Assembly (NCBI GenBank): GCA_032128415.1
Contig: JAQBGW010000134.1
Location: forward strand, 4,667 to 68,666
Length of the DNA: 64,000 nt
Direction of reading: 5' to 3'
Source of the DNA: Betaproteobacteria bacterium
GTDB taxonomy: Bacteria > Pseudomonadota > Gammaproteobacteria > Burkholderiales > SG8-41
Shown: in pieces, positions 18,827 to 29,181 of the stretch
Layout of the letters: the number at the start of each line of letters is the position of its first letter
Numbering within the stretch: the first letter of the stretch is position 1
Program-made: the position numbers and the translations under genes
The notes under the pieces: generated by a model
The model's database searches: none
Seen by the model: the letters and a program-made list of their open reading frames with translations, nothing else
Told to the model about the DNA's origin: nothing

Positions 18827-18896
18827 GGATCAATTCCAGCATGAGTTAAAATACTTATTAATAATATTATGTAACATCTTGTTTTTATTAATTATT

Positions 18897-19790
18897 TTAA
18901 TCTAACCCCATGCGCAGCAATATCGCCTGATCATCCGCCCAGCCCGACTTTACCTTGACCCAGACTTCGAGAAACACTTTGCCGCCAAACAAGCGCTCCA
19001 TGTCTTTGCGGGCCAGCGTCGCGATCTGCTTGAGCTTCTCGCCTTTGGCGCCAATGACGATGCCCTTTTGCCCGGCTTTATCTACCAGAATAGCAGCATG
19101 AATGCGGCGCAAGCCACCTGCCTCCGTCTCAAAGCGCTCAATCTCCACCATTGCTGAATACGGCAGCTCGGCGCCGAGCAGATGGAACAGTTTTTCGCGC
19201 AGCAACTCTGCCGCCAATGTGCGCTCGCTCGCCGTGGTGAATTCATCTTCACCGTAGAGTGGCTCCCGCAACGGCAGCAACGGTCGCACTGCCGCCAATA
19301 ATTCTTCAGTGCCGACACCGCTCTTCGCCGATACCGGCACAATGGCAGCCGGGTGCGCCAATGCATCGAGATCCCGGATATAGGGCAGCAGCTCATTCTT
19401 ATTGCTGAGAACATCGATTTTATTGACGGCGATGACCAGCGGCGCACCATCCTGCAGCATCGGCAGCAGCGCCCGCTCTTCAGCATCCAGTCGCAGCGAT
19501 TCGACCACCCAGACCACTACATCCACATCGACGATGCTGCGCGAGACGCTGCGATTCATCAGTCGGTTCATTTCATTGCCATGCTGCCTCTGGAATCCCG
19601 GGGTATCGACAAACACGTACTGCGCACCGGGCCGGGTCACGATACCGACGATGCGCTGACGGGTGGTTTGCGGCCGGCGCGAGGTAATGCTGACTTTCTG
19701 GCCGACGAGTTGATTGAGCAATGTGGACTTGCCCACATTCGGTCGACCGACGATGGCCAGATATCCGGAGTGATGATCAGTAGCTGTCAT
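18897..19790 (-). CDS. era: GTPase Era
   Basis: [12 protein letters not shown] (G1), DTPG (G3), NKID (G4) and a C-terminal KH domain. Confidence 0.95.
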   Translation of the reverse strand: MTATDHHSGYLAIVGRPNVGKSTLLNQLVGQKVSITSRRPQTTRQRIVGIVTRPGAQYVFVDTPGFQRQHGNEMNRLMNRSVSRSIVDVDVVVWVVESLRLDAEERALLPMLQDGAPLVIAVNKIDVLSNKNELLPYIRDLDALAHPAAIVPVSAKSGVGTEELLAAVRPLLPLREPLYGEDEFTTASERTLAAELLREKLFHLLGAELPYSAMVEIERFETEAGGLRRIHAAILVDKAGQKGIVIGAKGEKLKQIATLARKDMERLFGGKVFLEVWVKVKSGWADDQAILLRMGLD

Positions 19791-20464
19791 GGACGGCTGG
19801 CGAGCAGATAGGCTTTGCGCGCGGCGTCCTGCTCGGCAGCGCGACGGCTAGTACCCGTGCCCTCGGTGCGGATGTCCATGACCTCCAGAACACACTGCAC
19901 CTGGAATGTCTGTTCATGTGCCCGGCCCAGTGTGGCGAGCAGTATATAGCTGGGCAACGGCATGCCCTTGCCCTGAGCCAATTCCTGCAGCAGCGTTTTT
20001 GCATCCTTACCGGTGTCCTCCGGGTCTATGGCAGAAAGACTGTCGGCGAACAGTTTTTTGATCACGGCCTGGGCTGCAGAAAATCCACCATCGAGCATGA
20101 CTGCACCGACCAGTGCCTCGACAGCATCCGCCAAAATCGACGGACGACGTGCGCCGCCGCTTTTCAGCTCCCCTTCGCCGAGTAACAAGGCATCGCCCAC
20201 ATTGATCGCCAGGGCAATACGGTGCAGTGCGTCCTGATTGACCAGATTGGCGCGCAGGCGAGATAGTTCGCCTTCGCTGAGATTGGGAAATCGTCCGTGT
20301 AATTCAAGCGCTATGGCACAGTTGACGATACTGTCGCCAAGAAATTCCAGCCGTTCGTTGTGTACAACTCCATATGAGCGGTGGGTCAACGCCCGTCGTA
20401 ACAACTCCGGATCGCTGAAACGATGCCCTATGCGCTGACTGACGTCGCCCGGGTCCACATTCAC
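19787..20464 (-). CDS. rnc: Ribonuclease III
   Basis: The [10 protein letters not shown] signature and a C-terminal dsRBD. It overlaps the era start by 4 bp. Confidence 0.95.
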   Translation of the reverse strand: MNVDPGDVSQRIGHRFSDPELLRRALTHRSYGVVHNERLEFLGDSIVNCAIALELHGRFPNLSEGELSRLRANLVNQDALHRIALAINVGDALLLGEGELKSGGARRPSILADAVEALVGAVMLDGGFSAAQAVIKKLFADSLSAIDPEDTGKDAKTLLQELAQGKGMPLPSYILLATLGRAHEQTFQVQCVLEVMDIRTEGTGTSRRAAEQDAARKAYLLASRP

Positions 20465-20482
20465 TGCGACGTCCGCTCCCGG

Positions 20483-20839
20483 TTATTTCTCGGAGGTAGG
20501 GCGAAAATCCATGCAGGCGCTGAGATTGTAGAACAGCGGCACGCGCATCGTGTAACTTGCACTGAAGGTAATTCCGTTACCCTCTTTGACGACTTCAATA
20601 TCGTTGTAGACGATCGCCTTGATGTTATCAATCCCAGAACGATTATTAAATGAGCTGTTGATTTCGCCACGCGTTGCAGTCAGCATGGCCGAATCAGCAG
20701 CCATTGCCCGGAAAATTTTCTGGATGGTGTAAAACTCTGAATACGCCGGGCCAATCTTGAAACCAAGCAACAGGATCGCGATGGCAATGAACGCAAATAC
20801 CAGAAAGCCCGTGATGGTAATACCGCGCTGAGCGTGCAT
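20483..20839 (-). CDS. DUF4845-like small membrane-anchored protein
   Basis: MHAQRGITITGFLVFAFIAIAILLLGFKIGPAYSEFYTI. It occupies the conserved slot between lepB and rnc. Confidence 0.7.
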   Translation of the reverse strand: MHAQRGITITGFLVFAFIAIAILLLGFKIGPAYSEFYTIQKIFRAMAADSAMLTATRGEINSSFNNRSGIDNIKAIVYNDIEVVKEGNGITFSASYTMRVPLFYNLSACMDFRPTSEK

Positions 20840-20858
20840 GAAAATCTCTCCTTCCAGT

Positions 20859-21662
20859 TCAATCGATCGAATGACCAATCCGCTTGAAATCGTCAAAATT
20901 CCACCATATCAAAAACGCCTTGCCGACTATGTTCCGCTCCGGCACAAATCCCCAGTAACGACTGTCACTGCTGCTGTCCCGGTTATCCCCCATCATGAAG
21001 TAATGACCTGTCGGCACCTTGCAGCGAAAACCGCCTTCATTGTAGGCACAATTCTCGCGGAAGGGAAACCGCTGCACTCCACCCAGTTGCACTGGCGGCA
21101 CCTCCGCCTGCAACAGCACAGCGTGCAGATGTTCACCTAAATGTTCCTGCATGCGCCGGGTGGTCACAAAATTGAGTCCACCTTCCAGATAATTGTAATC
21201 GCCATCTTCGCGTACGGGCACAGCCTTGCCGTTGATGGTCAGCCGTTTGCCGGAATAGACAATTTCGTCACCGGGCAATCCGACAACGCGCTTGATGTAG
21301 TCCAGCGCAGGATTTTCTGGAAAGCGAAACACCATCACTTCGCCGCGCCGCGGGTCGTTGACTTCAATCACTCGCGTATTGAGCACCGGCACCCGGATAC
21401 CATAGGTAAATTTGTTGACCAGGATAAAATCGCCGATCAGCAGCGTCGGCAACATGGACCCTGAGGGAATCTTGAAAGGCTCGACTAGAAACGAGCGCAG
21501 CAGAAACACCACCAGAATGACCGGGAAAAAACTGACCGGATATTCAATCCACCACGGTTGCGCAGTGCCCGCAGCGCGCCGCTTGCCGAAGTAGAGGGCT
21601 TCGGCCAGCCAGACCGTGCCAGTCAGCACCAGCAGCACCAGCATTCCGAGCGCAAAGTTCAT
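20859..21662 (-). CDS. lepB: Signal peptidase I
   Basis: IPSGSMLPTLLIGDFILVNKF, YIKRVVGLPGD and GDNRDSSSDSRYWG. Confidence 0.9.
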   Translation of the reverse strand: MNFALGMLVLLVLTGTVWLAEALYFGKRRAAGTAQPWWIEYPVSFFPVILVVFLLRSFLVEPFKIPSGSMLPTLLIGDFILVNKFTYGIRVPVLNTRVIEVNDPRRGEVMVFRFPENPALDYIKRVVGLPGDEIVYSGKRLTINGKAVPVREDGDYNYLEGGLNFVTTRRMQEHLGEHLHAVLLQAEVPPVQLGGVQRFPFRENCAYNEGGFRCKVPTGHYFMMGDNRDSSSDSRYWGFVPERNIVGKAFLIWWNFDDFKRIGHSID

Positions 21663-21674
21663 TTCCAGTAGTCC

Positions 21675-23465
21675 TTACTTGTCAATCTGCAGTATGGCGA
21701 GGAACGCTTCCTGCGGAATTTCAACAGTACCCACCTGTTTCATGCGTTTCTTGCCCGCTTTCTGCTTTTCCAGAAGTTTTTTCTTGCGGGAAATATCGCC
21801 GCCGTAACATTTTGCCAGCACGTTCTTGCGCATCGCCTTGACCGTCTCGCGGGCGATGATATGCGCGCCGATGGCCGCCTGCACGGCGATATCGAACATC
21901 TGGCGCGGAATCAATTTACGCATTTTTGCTGCAACCTCGCGACCGCGATATTGTGAATTGGCGCGGTGCACGATCAGCGACAGCGCATCAACGCGCTCGC
22001 TGTTGATCAGGATGTCCAACCGCACCATGTCACCGGCACGATATTCGAGGAAATCGTAGTCTAGCGAAGCATAACCGCGGGATACCGATTTCAGGCGATC
22101 GAAAAAATCCATAACCACTTCGCTCAGTGGCAATTCATAGGTCAGCATGACCTGACGGCCCAGATACTGCATGTTGCGCTGCTGGCCGCGCTTTTCGGTA
22201 CAAAGGGTCATCACCGGACCCACGTATTCGCTAGGCACCAGAATCGAAGCTGTAATGATCGGTTCGCGAATTTCCTCGATCTCCGTCACCTCGGGCAACC
22301 GTGATGGATTCTCGATTTCGATCACACTGCCGTCACGGAGCGCAACCTGGTACACCACCGTCGGCGCCGTAGTGATGAGCGACATGTTGTATTCACGCTC
22401 CAACCGCTCTTGCACGATATCCATGTGCAGCAGGCCGAGAAAACCGCAACGAAAACCGAACCCCAGCGCCTGCGACGATTCCGGCTCAAAGCGCAACGAC
22501 GAATCATTCAGATGCAGCTTCTCCAGCGCGTTACGCAGTGCCTCATATTCGTTTGACTCTACCGGGTAGAGTCCGGCAAAGACCTGCGGCTTGATTTCCT
22601 TGAATCCCGGCAAGGCCTCTTGTGCAGGATTGGTAGCCAAAGTCAGCGTGTCGCCGACCTTTGTTGCCTGCAACTCCTTGATGCCGGCAATGACAAAACC
22701 CACTTCACCTGCTGCCAGACGCTCCCGCGCCTGCGATTTCGGTGTAAACACTCCGACCTGTTCGCACAGGTGAACGCTGCCGGTAGACATCAGTTGAATG
22801 CGATCCCTGGGTTTTAATTCCCCATCGAAAACGCGCACCAACATCACCACGCCGACATAATTGTCAAACCAGGAATCAATCATCAGTGCCTTCAGCGGCG
22901 CCGCCGGATCACCCTTGGGCGGCGGAATCAGACTGACCACCGCCTCGAGCACGTCGGTAATGCCTTCCCCGCTTTTGGCGCTTACTCTGACAGCGTCCTT
23001 CGCCGGAATACCGATAATATCTTCAATCTCCTCGGCGACGCGCTCCGGCTCGACTTGCGGCAAATCCATCTTGTTCAGCACCGGGACGACTTCCACGCCC
23101 TGCTCAATAGCGGTATAACAGTTAGCCACCGTCTGCGCTTCCACGCCCTGCGACGCATCCACCACCAGCAACGCGCCCTCGCAAGCCGCCAGCGAACGCG
23201 ATACCTCGTACGAAAAATCCACATGACCCGGCGTGTCGATCAGATTGAGCTGGTAAGACTTTCCATCACGGGCACGATAAGTCAGTGCTGCAGTCTGCGC
23301 CTTGATGGTAATGCCGCGCTCTCTTTCGAGATCCATGGAATCGAGTACCTGCGATTCCATCTCGCGGTCAGACAACCCGCCGCACAATTGTATGAAGCGA
23401 TCAGCCAGCGTTGATTTGCCGTGATCGATGTGCGCGATGATGGAGAAATTTCGAATATGCTGCAC
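21675..23465 (-). CDS. lepA: Elongation factor 4
   Basis: [28 protein letters not shown], and the LepA C-terminal domain. 596 aa. Confidence 0.95.
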   Translation of the reverse strand: MQHIRNFSIIAHIDHGKSTLADRFIQLCGGLSDREMESQVLDSMDLERERGITIKAQTAALTYRARDGKSYQLNLIDTPGHVDFSYEVSRSLAACEGALLVVDASQGVEAQTVANCYTAIEQGVEVVPVLNKMDLPQVEPERVAEEIEDIIGIPAKDAVRVSAKSGEGITDVLEAVVSLIPPPKGDPAAPLKALMIDSWFDNYVGVVMLVRVFDGELKPRDRIQLMSTGSVHLCEQVGVFTPKSQARERLAAGEVGFVIAGIKELQATKVGDTLTLATNPAQEALPGFKEIKPQVFAGLYPVESNEYEALRNALEKLHLNDSSLRFEPESSQALGFGFRCGFLGLLHMDIVQERLEREYNMSLITTAPTVVYQVALRDGSVIEIENPSRLPEVTEIEEIREPIITASILVPSEYVGPVMTLCTEKRGQQRNMQYLGRQVMLTYELPLSEVVMDFFDRLKSVSRGYASLDYDFLEYRAGDMVRLDILINSERVDALSLIVHRANSQYRGREVAAKMRKLIPRQMFDIAVQAAIGAHIIARETVKAMRKNVLAKCYGGDISRKKKLLEKQKAGKKRMKQVGTVEIPQEAFLAILQIDK

Positions 23466-23484
23466 TTAAATTCAATCGCCCAGA

Positions 23485-23519
23485 AAAAAAGGACACCCAG
23501 GCTTCGCCGGAGTGCCCCG
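23485..23519 (-). terminator. Rho-independent terminator candidate downstream of the glutaredoxin-like gene
   Basis: The minus-strand RNA reads GGGCACUCCGGC-GAA-GCCUGGGUGUCC followed by UUUUUUU. The stem is about 12 bp, with wobbles and one mismatch. Confidence 0.5.
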
Positions 23520-23542
23520 ATCCGTTCGTAAGATCGCGTATT

Positions 23543-23806
23543 TTAGCGGATTTTCCGCAAGTAATCAGTAACTAAAGGCCGGTCAAGGTGGTATTGACAC
23601 AGCTCGAGATCACCGTGAAACAGGACGGGGACCCGCTCACCGTAACGTTCCGCCAATGCAGGTTCGCTATCGACGTCGATCACCGCAAGCTTAAAGGGCT
23701 CGCGGGTCTGCAATGTCTGCAGACCCGCGAGCATGTCGTCGCACAGATGGCACCAGCGGCGACTATAAAGCGTCAACGCAACGCCGCGGCGTTCAGTTAT
23801 TTCCAT
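23543..23806 (-). CDS. Glutaredoxin-like protein (DUF836/thioredoxin fold)
   Basis: LTLYSRRWCHLCDDM (CxxC) and ERVPVLF. The start (ATG at 23806 or later) overlaps the degP stop. Confidence 0.7.
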   Translation of the reverse strand: MEITERRGVALTLYSRRWCHLCDDMLAGLQTLQTREPFKLAVIDVDSEPALAERYGERVPVLFHGDLELCQYHLDRPLVTDYLRKIR

Positions 23807-25172
23807 CAAGTCGGAACGGGATGTACAGCGAATTGCCACCGCGCCGCACCAGCAGCGCTACAATCCGCCCCTTATCGAATCCGCCCATTAGCTGGCGGAA
23901 TTGCTCCACAGATTTCACGTCCTGGTTGTTGACGGCAAGAATCACGTCGCCCCGACGTATGCCCGCTCGCGCCGCCACCCCCTGAACGTTGTCGACAAAA
24001 ATGCCACCTTCGATCTTCAGCTCCTTGCGTTGGGCGTCGGTAAGATCTGCCAGGCCCATACCGTATTGCACGGCCGCCGCCGGCGGCTTGCCGCCACGCG
24101 CCTGCTGGTGCCGTAGGTCATCTTTCAGTTCCGCCACCGTAATCTGCAAGTCGCGCGCGGCCTTGTTGCGCCACACACGCACTGTCACTTTGCTGCCCGG
24201 CTTGGTACCACCAACCACACGCGGTAAATCCTCGGATGCATTAACCACTTTCCCGTCAAATTGGAGTATGACATCGCCCGATTCAATGCCCGCTTTATCT
24301 GCCGGCCCATCTTTCTCAACCGAGTTCACCAGTGCACCCTGCGGTTTGCTCAAGCCGAATCCATTGGCCAGTTCCTTCGTCACCGATTGAATGACCACGC
24401 CAATGCGGCCGCGAGTCACCCTCCCGGTGGTGCGCAATTGCTGCGCAATACCGTTCGCCACGTCGATGGGAATTGCAAAAGACAGGCCCATGAAACCACC
24501 GGTCCGGCTGTATATCTGCGAATTGATGCCCACAACTTCACCCTTCATGTTAAACAGCGGTCCTCCGGAGTTGCCGGGATTTACTGCGACGTCGGTCTGA
24601 ATGAAAGGAACGAAATTCTCTTGGGGCAGCGACCGCCCTTTTGCACTGACAATGCCGGCAGTCACCGTATTGTCAAACCCGAACGGTGAACCAATGGCAA
24701 CGACCCACTCTCCCACTTTCAGACTGCCCGGATCGCCGAATTGCACGATCGGCAAATTGTCCGCTTCAATCTTGATCAGTGCCACGTCCGTGCGACGATC
24801 GGCGCCGATGACTTTTGCCTTGAATTCGCGTTTGTCGGTCAGCCTAACCGTTACATCATCGGCCGAATCAACCACATGGGCATTGGTCAGAATATAACCA
24901 TCATTCGAAATGATGAAGCCTGATCCCAACGACTGCGACTGGAACTCCCGCGGTCCGGGATTCGGGATAAAGCGCCGGAAAAATTCGTAGAACGGATCAT
25001 TCTCATCGAGTTGCGGCATCTGCGGTGATGCCGCATTGCGCGTTGATTGTGTGGTGCTGATATTCACCACAGCAGCGCCATGCTTCTCCACCAGTTCGGT
25101 AAAGTCCGGGAGCTGCGCTGTCGATGGCAACGGCAATAGCAGACAAAGAGCCAGAATCAGGGATCTGAACAT
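23793..25172 (-). CDS. degP: Periplasmic serine endoprotease, DegP/MucD (Do) family
   Basis: Signal peptide, the His/Asp/Ser triad context (TNAHVV, DVALIK, GNSGGPL) and two PDZ domains. Confidence 0.9.
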   Translation of the reverse strand: MFRSLILALCLLLPLPSTAQLPDFTELVEKHGAAVVNISTTQSTRNAASPQMPQLDENDPFYEFFRRFIPNPGPREFQSQSLGSGFIISNDGYILTNAHVVDSADDVTVRLTDKREFKAKVIGADRRTDVALIKIEADNLPIVQFGDPGSLKVGEWVVAIGSPFGFDNTVTAGIVSAKGRSLPQENFVPFIQTDVAVNPGNSGGPLFNMKGEVVGINSQIYSRTGGFMGLSFAIPIDVANGIAQQLRTTGRVTRGRIGVVIQSVTKELANGFGLSKPQGALVNSVEKDGPADKAGIESGDVILQFDGKVVNASEDLPRVVGGTKPGSKVTVRVWRNKAARDLQITVAELKDDLRHQQARGGKPPAAAVQYGMGLADLTDAQRKELKIEGGIFVDNVQGVAARAGIRRGDVILAVNNQDVKSVEQFRQLMGGFDKGRIVALLVRRGGNSLYIPFRLDGNN

Positions 25173-25231
25173 GTTCAGCCTTTCTAGTAATACATTATGA
25201 GGAGATTTTTACTAACAGTAAGAAATTGGAG

Positions 25232-26203
25232 CTACCGCTGGATCGCAAGCGCGCTCTTCGGCTCGACTGATTTCGCGAATCGCATCACAGTTTCAGCCGG
25301 CGTTTCACCCAGAACCGTAACCGTATGTCCTGCAACCGGGCGACTGTAGAAATACACTGCACCCTGATGCCTCAAAATTTCTTTTCTACCTTTTTTGGTA
25401 CCGGGTTCGATAAAAACTGAAATCGCAGCGAGGCCATCAGAAAAAACGAGATGCGATACAGTCCCTTTTTTACCAGGCATGGAGCGCCGCAACTCCATCA
25501 CCTTTCGAAAACCTGCAGGCTGATCACTGACCACCCAGCCTGAATCGCCGGTATCGTTTGCAGTCAGTGCCGAACGATCGACTCTCCAATTCTGCTTTGA
25601 GCTGATTGCGGCATATCGCGACATCACCATTTCCCGGCGAAACGGCCCACCGATCTGCAGCGTCGTAAATGCAAAAGATTCGACGATCTCGTTCTTCTCG
25701 TTCATCGTCAATGAACGCAGCGTCAAACCTGTTTGCACATCAGCGCAAAAACGGCGCGCATAGCGCAAGTTGTCCTGAGGCAGCAAAGCCACCCATAGAC
25801 ATTCTGTTCCTGCCACCCGATCCACACTACCTTTCACCACGCGGTAATGCCGTGCCAGATCAGGAATCTGTTCCGGCTCAATAGAGAATTGACGTGACCC
25901 GCGAGGATCAATCAGGACAGTGCGTATGCCCGGCAAGTAACAGGTGACCTGATCATTGGTACGCATGACTTCACGTGCCGGCCCGTCCATGATCTCGAGC
26001 CTTTCCAATACGCCGCCGGCGGGATTGACGAAATGGGCGATGCTGGACATCTCCACTTTCCCGTCATGCTGAAATACGAATGTACCGGAATAATTGACCG
26101 TCCTGCCAGCTGCAGCCATTTTCCCGATAATAGCGAGAGCTTCCTCTTCTGCTACCGCGGCTGCAGGCAGAAATCCCAGAAAAATTACGAGCCAGATTCT
26201 CAT
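25232..26203 (-). CDS. rseB: Sigma-E regulatory protein RseB/MucB
   Basis: 323 aa and secreted, with a MucB_RseB-like N-terminal region. It sits after rseA. Confidence 0.85.
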   Translation of the reverse strand: MRIWLVIFLGFLPAAAVAEEEALAIIGKMAAAGRTVNYSGTFVFQHDGKVEMSSIAHFVNPAGGVLERLEIMDGPAREVMRTNDQVTCYLPGIRTVLIDPRGSRQFSIEPEQIPDLARHYRVVKGSVDRVAGTECLWVALLPQDNLRYARRFCADVQTGLTLRSLTMNEKNEIVESFAFTTLQIGGPFRREMVMSRYAAISSKQNWRVDRSALTANDTGDSGWVVSDQPAGFRKVMELRRSMPGKKGTVSHLVFSDGLAAISVFIEPGTKKGRKEILRHQGAVYFYSRPVAGHTVTVLGETPAETVMRFAKSVEPKSALAIQR

Positions 26204-26232
26204 TGCGTATTAATGACGCGTTTTAATCGCGT

Positions 26233-26748
26233 TTATTGTCCGGCAGCCGGGGCTATGGAAATCGTGCGGATGTAGGGAGCGACGCCATGCAAGCGGTTGC
26301 TGGGGGACACACCCTGATGCGCCAGCAGGTATTCATTCATCTGTCCGTCACTGGGCGTGCTGACCAGTTGCACTTCCGGCAACTGCTGAACCACTGGCGC
26401 AGTCCGGGCGATTTCCACCGGGGACGGCAACAAATTGCCCGAAAATGCCATCCAGCCGACCACGGCTACGGCCGCGACCGACGCTGCTGCCGAAAGCGCG
26501 TAGGTCAATGGTCGGTTTATCCGTGCCGGGCGCCGCGGCGCGAGTATGGCTGGTTCGTCAACAATCGACGCTGCCACCCGGCCGGAGACATCAAATGCCG
26601 CCAGGTTTTCTCCGCGCAACACATCACCAATCACGTGATAGGTCGCCCACGACTCCCGGATTTCCCTGTCCGCTTTAAGCCGGAGCAAGGCCTGACGAGC
26701 CTCTTGCCCGCCCAGTTCACCATCCATCAACGCCGAAATCTTGTCCAT
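26233..26748 (-). CDS. rseA: Anti-sigma-E factor RseA/MucA-like
   Basis: MDKISALMDGEL....W..YHVIGDVLRG is the RseA N-terminal signature, followed by a single TM. It starts 2 bp after the rpoE stop. Confidence 0.8.
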   Translation of the reverse strand: MDKISALMDGELGGQEARQALLRLKADREIRESWATYHVIGDVLRGENLAAFDVSGRVAASIVDEPAILAPRRPARINRPLTYALSAAASVAAVAVVGWMAFSGNLLPSPVEIARTAPVVQQLPEVQLVSTPSDGQMNEYLLAHQGVSPSNRLHGVAPYIRTISIAPAAGQ

Positions 26749-26749
26749 A

Positions 26750-27349
26750 TCACCATCTCCTGTCCTTGTTCGTGCCGAGCAAGGGTCTCAATTTCTCCGC
26801 CACCGCTTCCCGCGCCCGAAAAATCCGCGACCGGACGGTGCCCACCGGGCACTGCATAGCGACAGCGATTTCTTCGTAACTCAGACCCTCGATTTCCCGC
26901 AGGGTCAGCGCCGTCCTTAGCTCCTCTGGCAACATCTCCAGCGTTTGGTTCACGACATCTCCGACCTGCCGGCTCATCATCTGGTTTTCCGGCGTGTTCA
27001 AATCCCGCAACTGCTCCCCCGTTTCCAGGCTTTCAGCCTCTTCCGCATCCATTCCGGTGCTCGTCGGCGCCCGCCGCCCCTTCGCCACCAGATAATTCTT
27101 GGCGGTATTGATGCCTATTCGGTACAGCCATGTATAGAACGCACTATCCCCGCGGAAGCCGGGCAGCGCGCGGTACGCCTTGATAAAAGCCTCCTGCGTC
27201 ACGTCTTCCACTTCGCCAGGATCGCGTACAAAGCGCGACAGCAGGCGTCCAAGCTTGCGCTGGTATTTGATGACCAGCAAATCGAACGCGTGCTTATCGC
27301 CCTTCTGTACACGCTCCACCAACTGCTGATCGACTTCGCGATCGCTCAT
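26750..27349 (-). CDS. rpoE: ECF sigma factor RpoE/AlgU
   Basis: MSDREVDQQLVERVQKGDKHAFDLLVIKYQ, and region 4 LSYEEIAVAMQCPVGTVRSRIFRAR. The annotated ORF extends upstream to 27430, but the ATG at 27349 matches family N-termini. Confidence 0.9.
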   Translation of the reverse strand: MSDREVDQQLVERVQKGDKHAFDLLVIKYQRKLGRLLSRFVRDPGEVEDVTQEAFIKAYRALPGFRGDSAFYTWLYRIGINTAKNYLVAKGRRAPTSTGMDAEEAESLETGEQLRDLNTPENQMMSRQVGDVVNQTLEMLPEELRTALTLREIEGLSYEEIAVAMQCPVGTVRSRIFRAREAVAEKLRPLLGTNKDRRW

Positions 27350-27468
27350 TTTTATCCGGTCCCTGATACTGCGGTGCACTGCCGGTGCGATAGCCTCGAC
27401 GACCGGACAGGCGCTGGAGTATAACTCCATGAATGGCAGCGCAAATCCTGGCGCTGCCCGGTTTTTGC

Positions 27469-27495
27469 AGAGACCTGCGGTACAGCTATAAGTTC
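27469..27495 (-). promoter_or_regulatory. Sigma-E (AlgU/RpoE)-type autoregulated promoter candidate for rpoE
   Basis: The minus strand reads GAACTT-N16-TCTCT, compared with the consensus GAACTT-N16/17-TCTGA. It lies about 120 nt upstream of the rpoE ATG. Confidence 0.4.
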
Positions 27496-27530
27496 AGTCT
27501 GGCTGCTGCTGCGGAAGGTGGTGTATTCCA

Positions 27531-29114
27531 TTATGCGGGATTCCCGCGCAGGGCGGCTCGATTGCGTACTACCGGGTCTGCGCGCCACTCAATCAGTCGG
27601 AACACGCCTTCCAGCAGAAAGGCCAGCGCGGCCGCGGGCACTGCGCCCGCCAGCAGCATCCGGTGATCATTGACTGCCAATCCGGCGACAATGCGCTCAC
27701 CGTAACCGCCGGCACCGATAAATGCAGCGATGGTCGCTGTGCCGACGCTGATGACCGTGGCAGTCTTGATCCCGGCCAGCACACCAGGCAATGCCAGCGG
27801 CAACTCGATCAGCGTGAAAACCTGGCGGGCGCTCAGTCCCAGTGCGCGGCCGGCGTCGCTGACGCTGCGCGAAATGCCGTTTATCGCCGTCTCAGTATTG
27901 CGCACAATCGGCAACAAGGCATACAGAAATAACGCCACTATTGCCGGTACCGCACCGATACGGTCCAGCGCTGCAATCAGAAAGGCCAGCAAAGCCAGAC
28001 TGGGAATAGTCTGCACCATGCCGGTCAAGGCCAGTATCCAATACCCGGTACGTGGCTTGCGTTGTGCCCACACCCCCAGCGGCACCCCCAGCAGCACGCT
28101 GAGCAGCACTGCACTGCAAACCAGCAGCAGATGCTCTACCGTCAATCGCCATAGATCCGGTCCGCCGATTACCTCCAGTAACGAACGGGGTCGCGCCGCC
28201 GCTGCCCCCGTATGTCGCCACGTCGCCGCTGCGCCCGCAAAAGTCTGTCCCTCCACTTCCACCGCAGCGTTCAGACGCATCATCTGCGCTGCATCAATGG
28301 CACCCTCCAGTTCGCGCAGCCGGGCCCAAGCTGCTGGATGCCGTTCCGGCAAATCACGGCGATAAAGCAATACAGCTTCATAACGCGGAAAGAATTCGCG
28401 ATCATCCGCGAGCACGCGCAAACCATGGCGGATGATACCGGCATCGGTGGAATACACATCGATGACGTCCACCTGTCCCCGCGTCAGCGCGTCATACGCC
28501 AGACCATGATCGAGTCCGCGGACAGGCAGCGCAGTCAACCCATACGCCGCACGCAATGCCGGCCAACCGTCCTTGCGATTCATGAATTCCTGTGACAATC
28601 CCAGTCGCAAGCTGCGACCTGCCCCCAGATCGGACATGCGACGAATACCGCGCTCTCTCGCATCGACCTCGCGCATGGCCAGCGCATACGAATTGGAAAA
28701 TCCGAGTGCCATTCCAGCGACCAGTCCGTGCTCCGCCAGTCGCTGGTTAAGCGTAGCAAGATCAGGCACTTCCGCAAGGCCCAGTATTTCCAGCGCGATG
28801 GTGCCGGTGTATTCCGGATACACATCTACCGCCCCTGCTTTCAGCGCTGCGAACAGGATTGCGGTGTTACCAAGCCCCGGTTTATGTACTACAGACACCT
28901 CTCCGGCGCCTGACGCGGTACGCGTCAGAATCTCGCCGAGGATGTACGATTCCGTAAAGCGCTTGGAGCCGATGCGCAGCGGCTCATTGGCATGGGCCGC
29001 CACACCATTCGACATCACTACGAACAGCAGCACTATGCTGAGACTACAACGCAGCTTGTGCAGCAGACGAGTCTCCATGAAGAATGAGGATTTACGCGAG
29101 TCGTGTCTTTGCAT
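27531..29114 (-). CDS. Osmoprotectant (glycine betaine/choline/carnitine)-type ABC transporter, fused substrate-binding and permease protein
   Basis: The N-terminal half is an OpuBC/OpuCC-like SBP (LRIGSKRFTESYILGEI, VDVYPEYTG, DVIDVYSTD). The C-terminal half is an OpuBB-like permease (IPSLALLAF, LPIVRNT, the EAA-loop ARALGLS..Q). The start is the ATG at 29114 or at 29078. Confidence 0.8.
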   Translation of the reverse strand: MQRHDSRKSSFFMETRLLHKLRCSLSIVLLFVVMSNGVAAHANEPLRIGSKRFTESYILGEILTRTASGAGEVSVVHKPGLGNTAILFAALKAGAVDVYPEYTGTIALEILGLAEVPDLATLNQRLAEHGLVAGMALGFSNSYALAMREVDARERGIRRMSDLGAGRSLRLGLSQEFMNRKDGWPALRAAYGLTALPVRGLDHGLAYDALTRGQVDVIDVYSTDAGIIRHGLRVLADDREFFPRYEAVLLYRRDLPERHPAAWARLRELEGAIDAAQMMRLNAAVEVEGQTFAGAAATWRHTGAAAARPRSLLEVIGGPDLWRLTVEHLLLVCSAVLLSVLLGVPLGVWAQRKPRTGYWILALTGMVQTIPSLALLAFLIAALDRIGAVPAIVALFLYALLPIVRNTETAINGISRSVSDAGRALGLSARQVFTLIELPLALPGVLAGIKTATVISVGTATIAAFIGAGGYGERIVAGLAVNDHRMLLAGAVPAAALAFLLEGVFRLIEWRADPVVRNRAALRGNPA

Positions 29115-29181
29115 TGCGCGAAGATGGTAGCATGCACTTCATCTTTGATTTACCGATTGCGTTGACTGTACCGGAGCGAAA

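Noticed and set aside
25173-25231. Sigma-E promoter in the rseB-degP spacer
   Set aside because: The spacer is AT-rich, but I found no GAACTT-N16/17-TCTGA-like arrangement. degP is probably read through from the rpoE operon or uses a promoter I cannot recognise.
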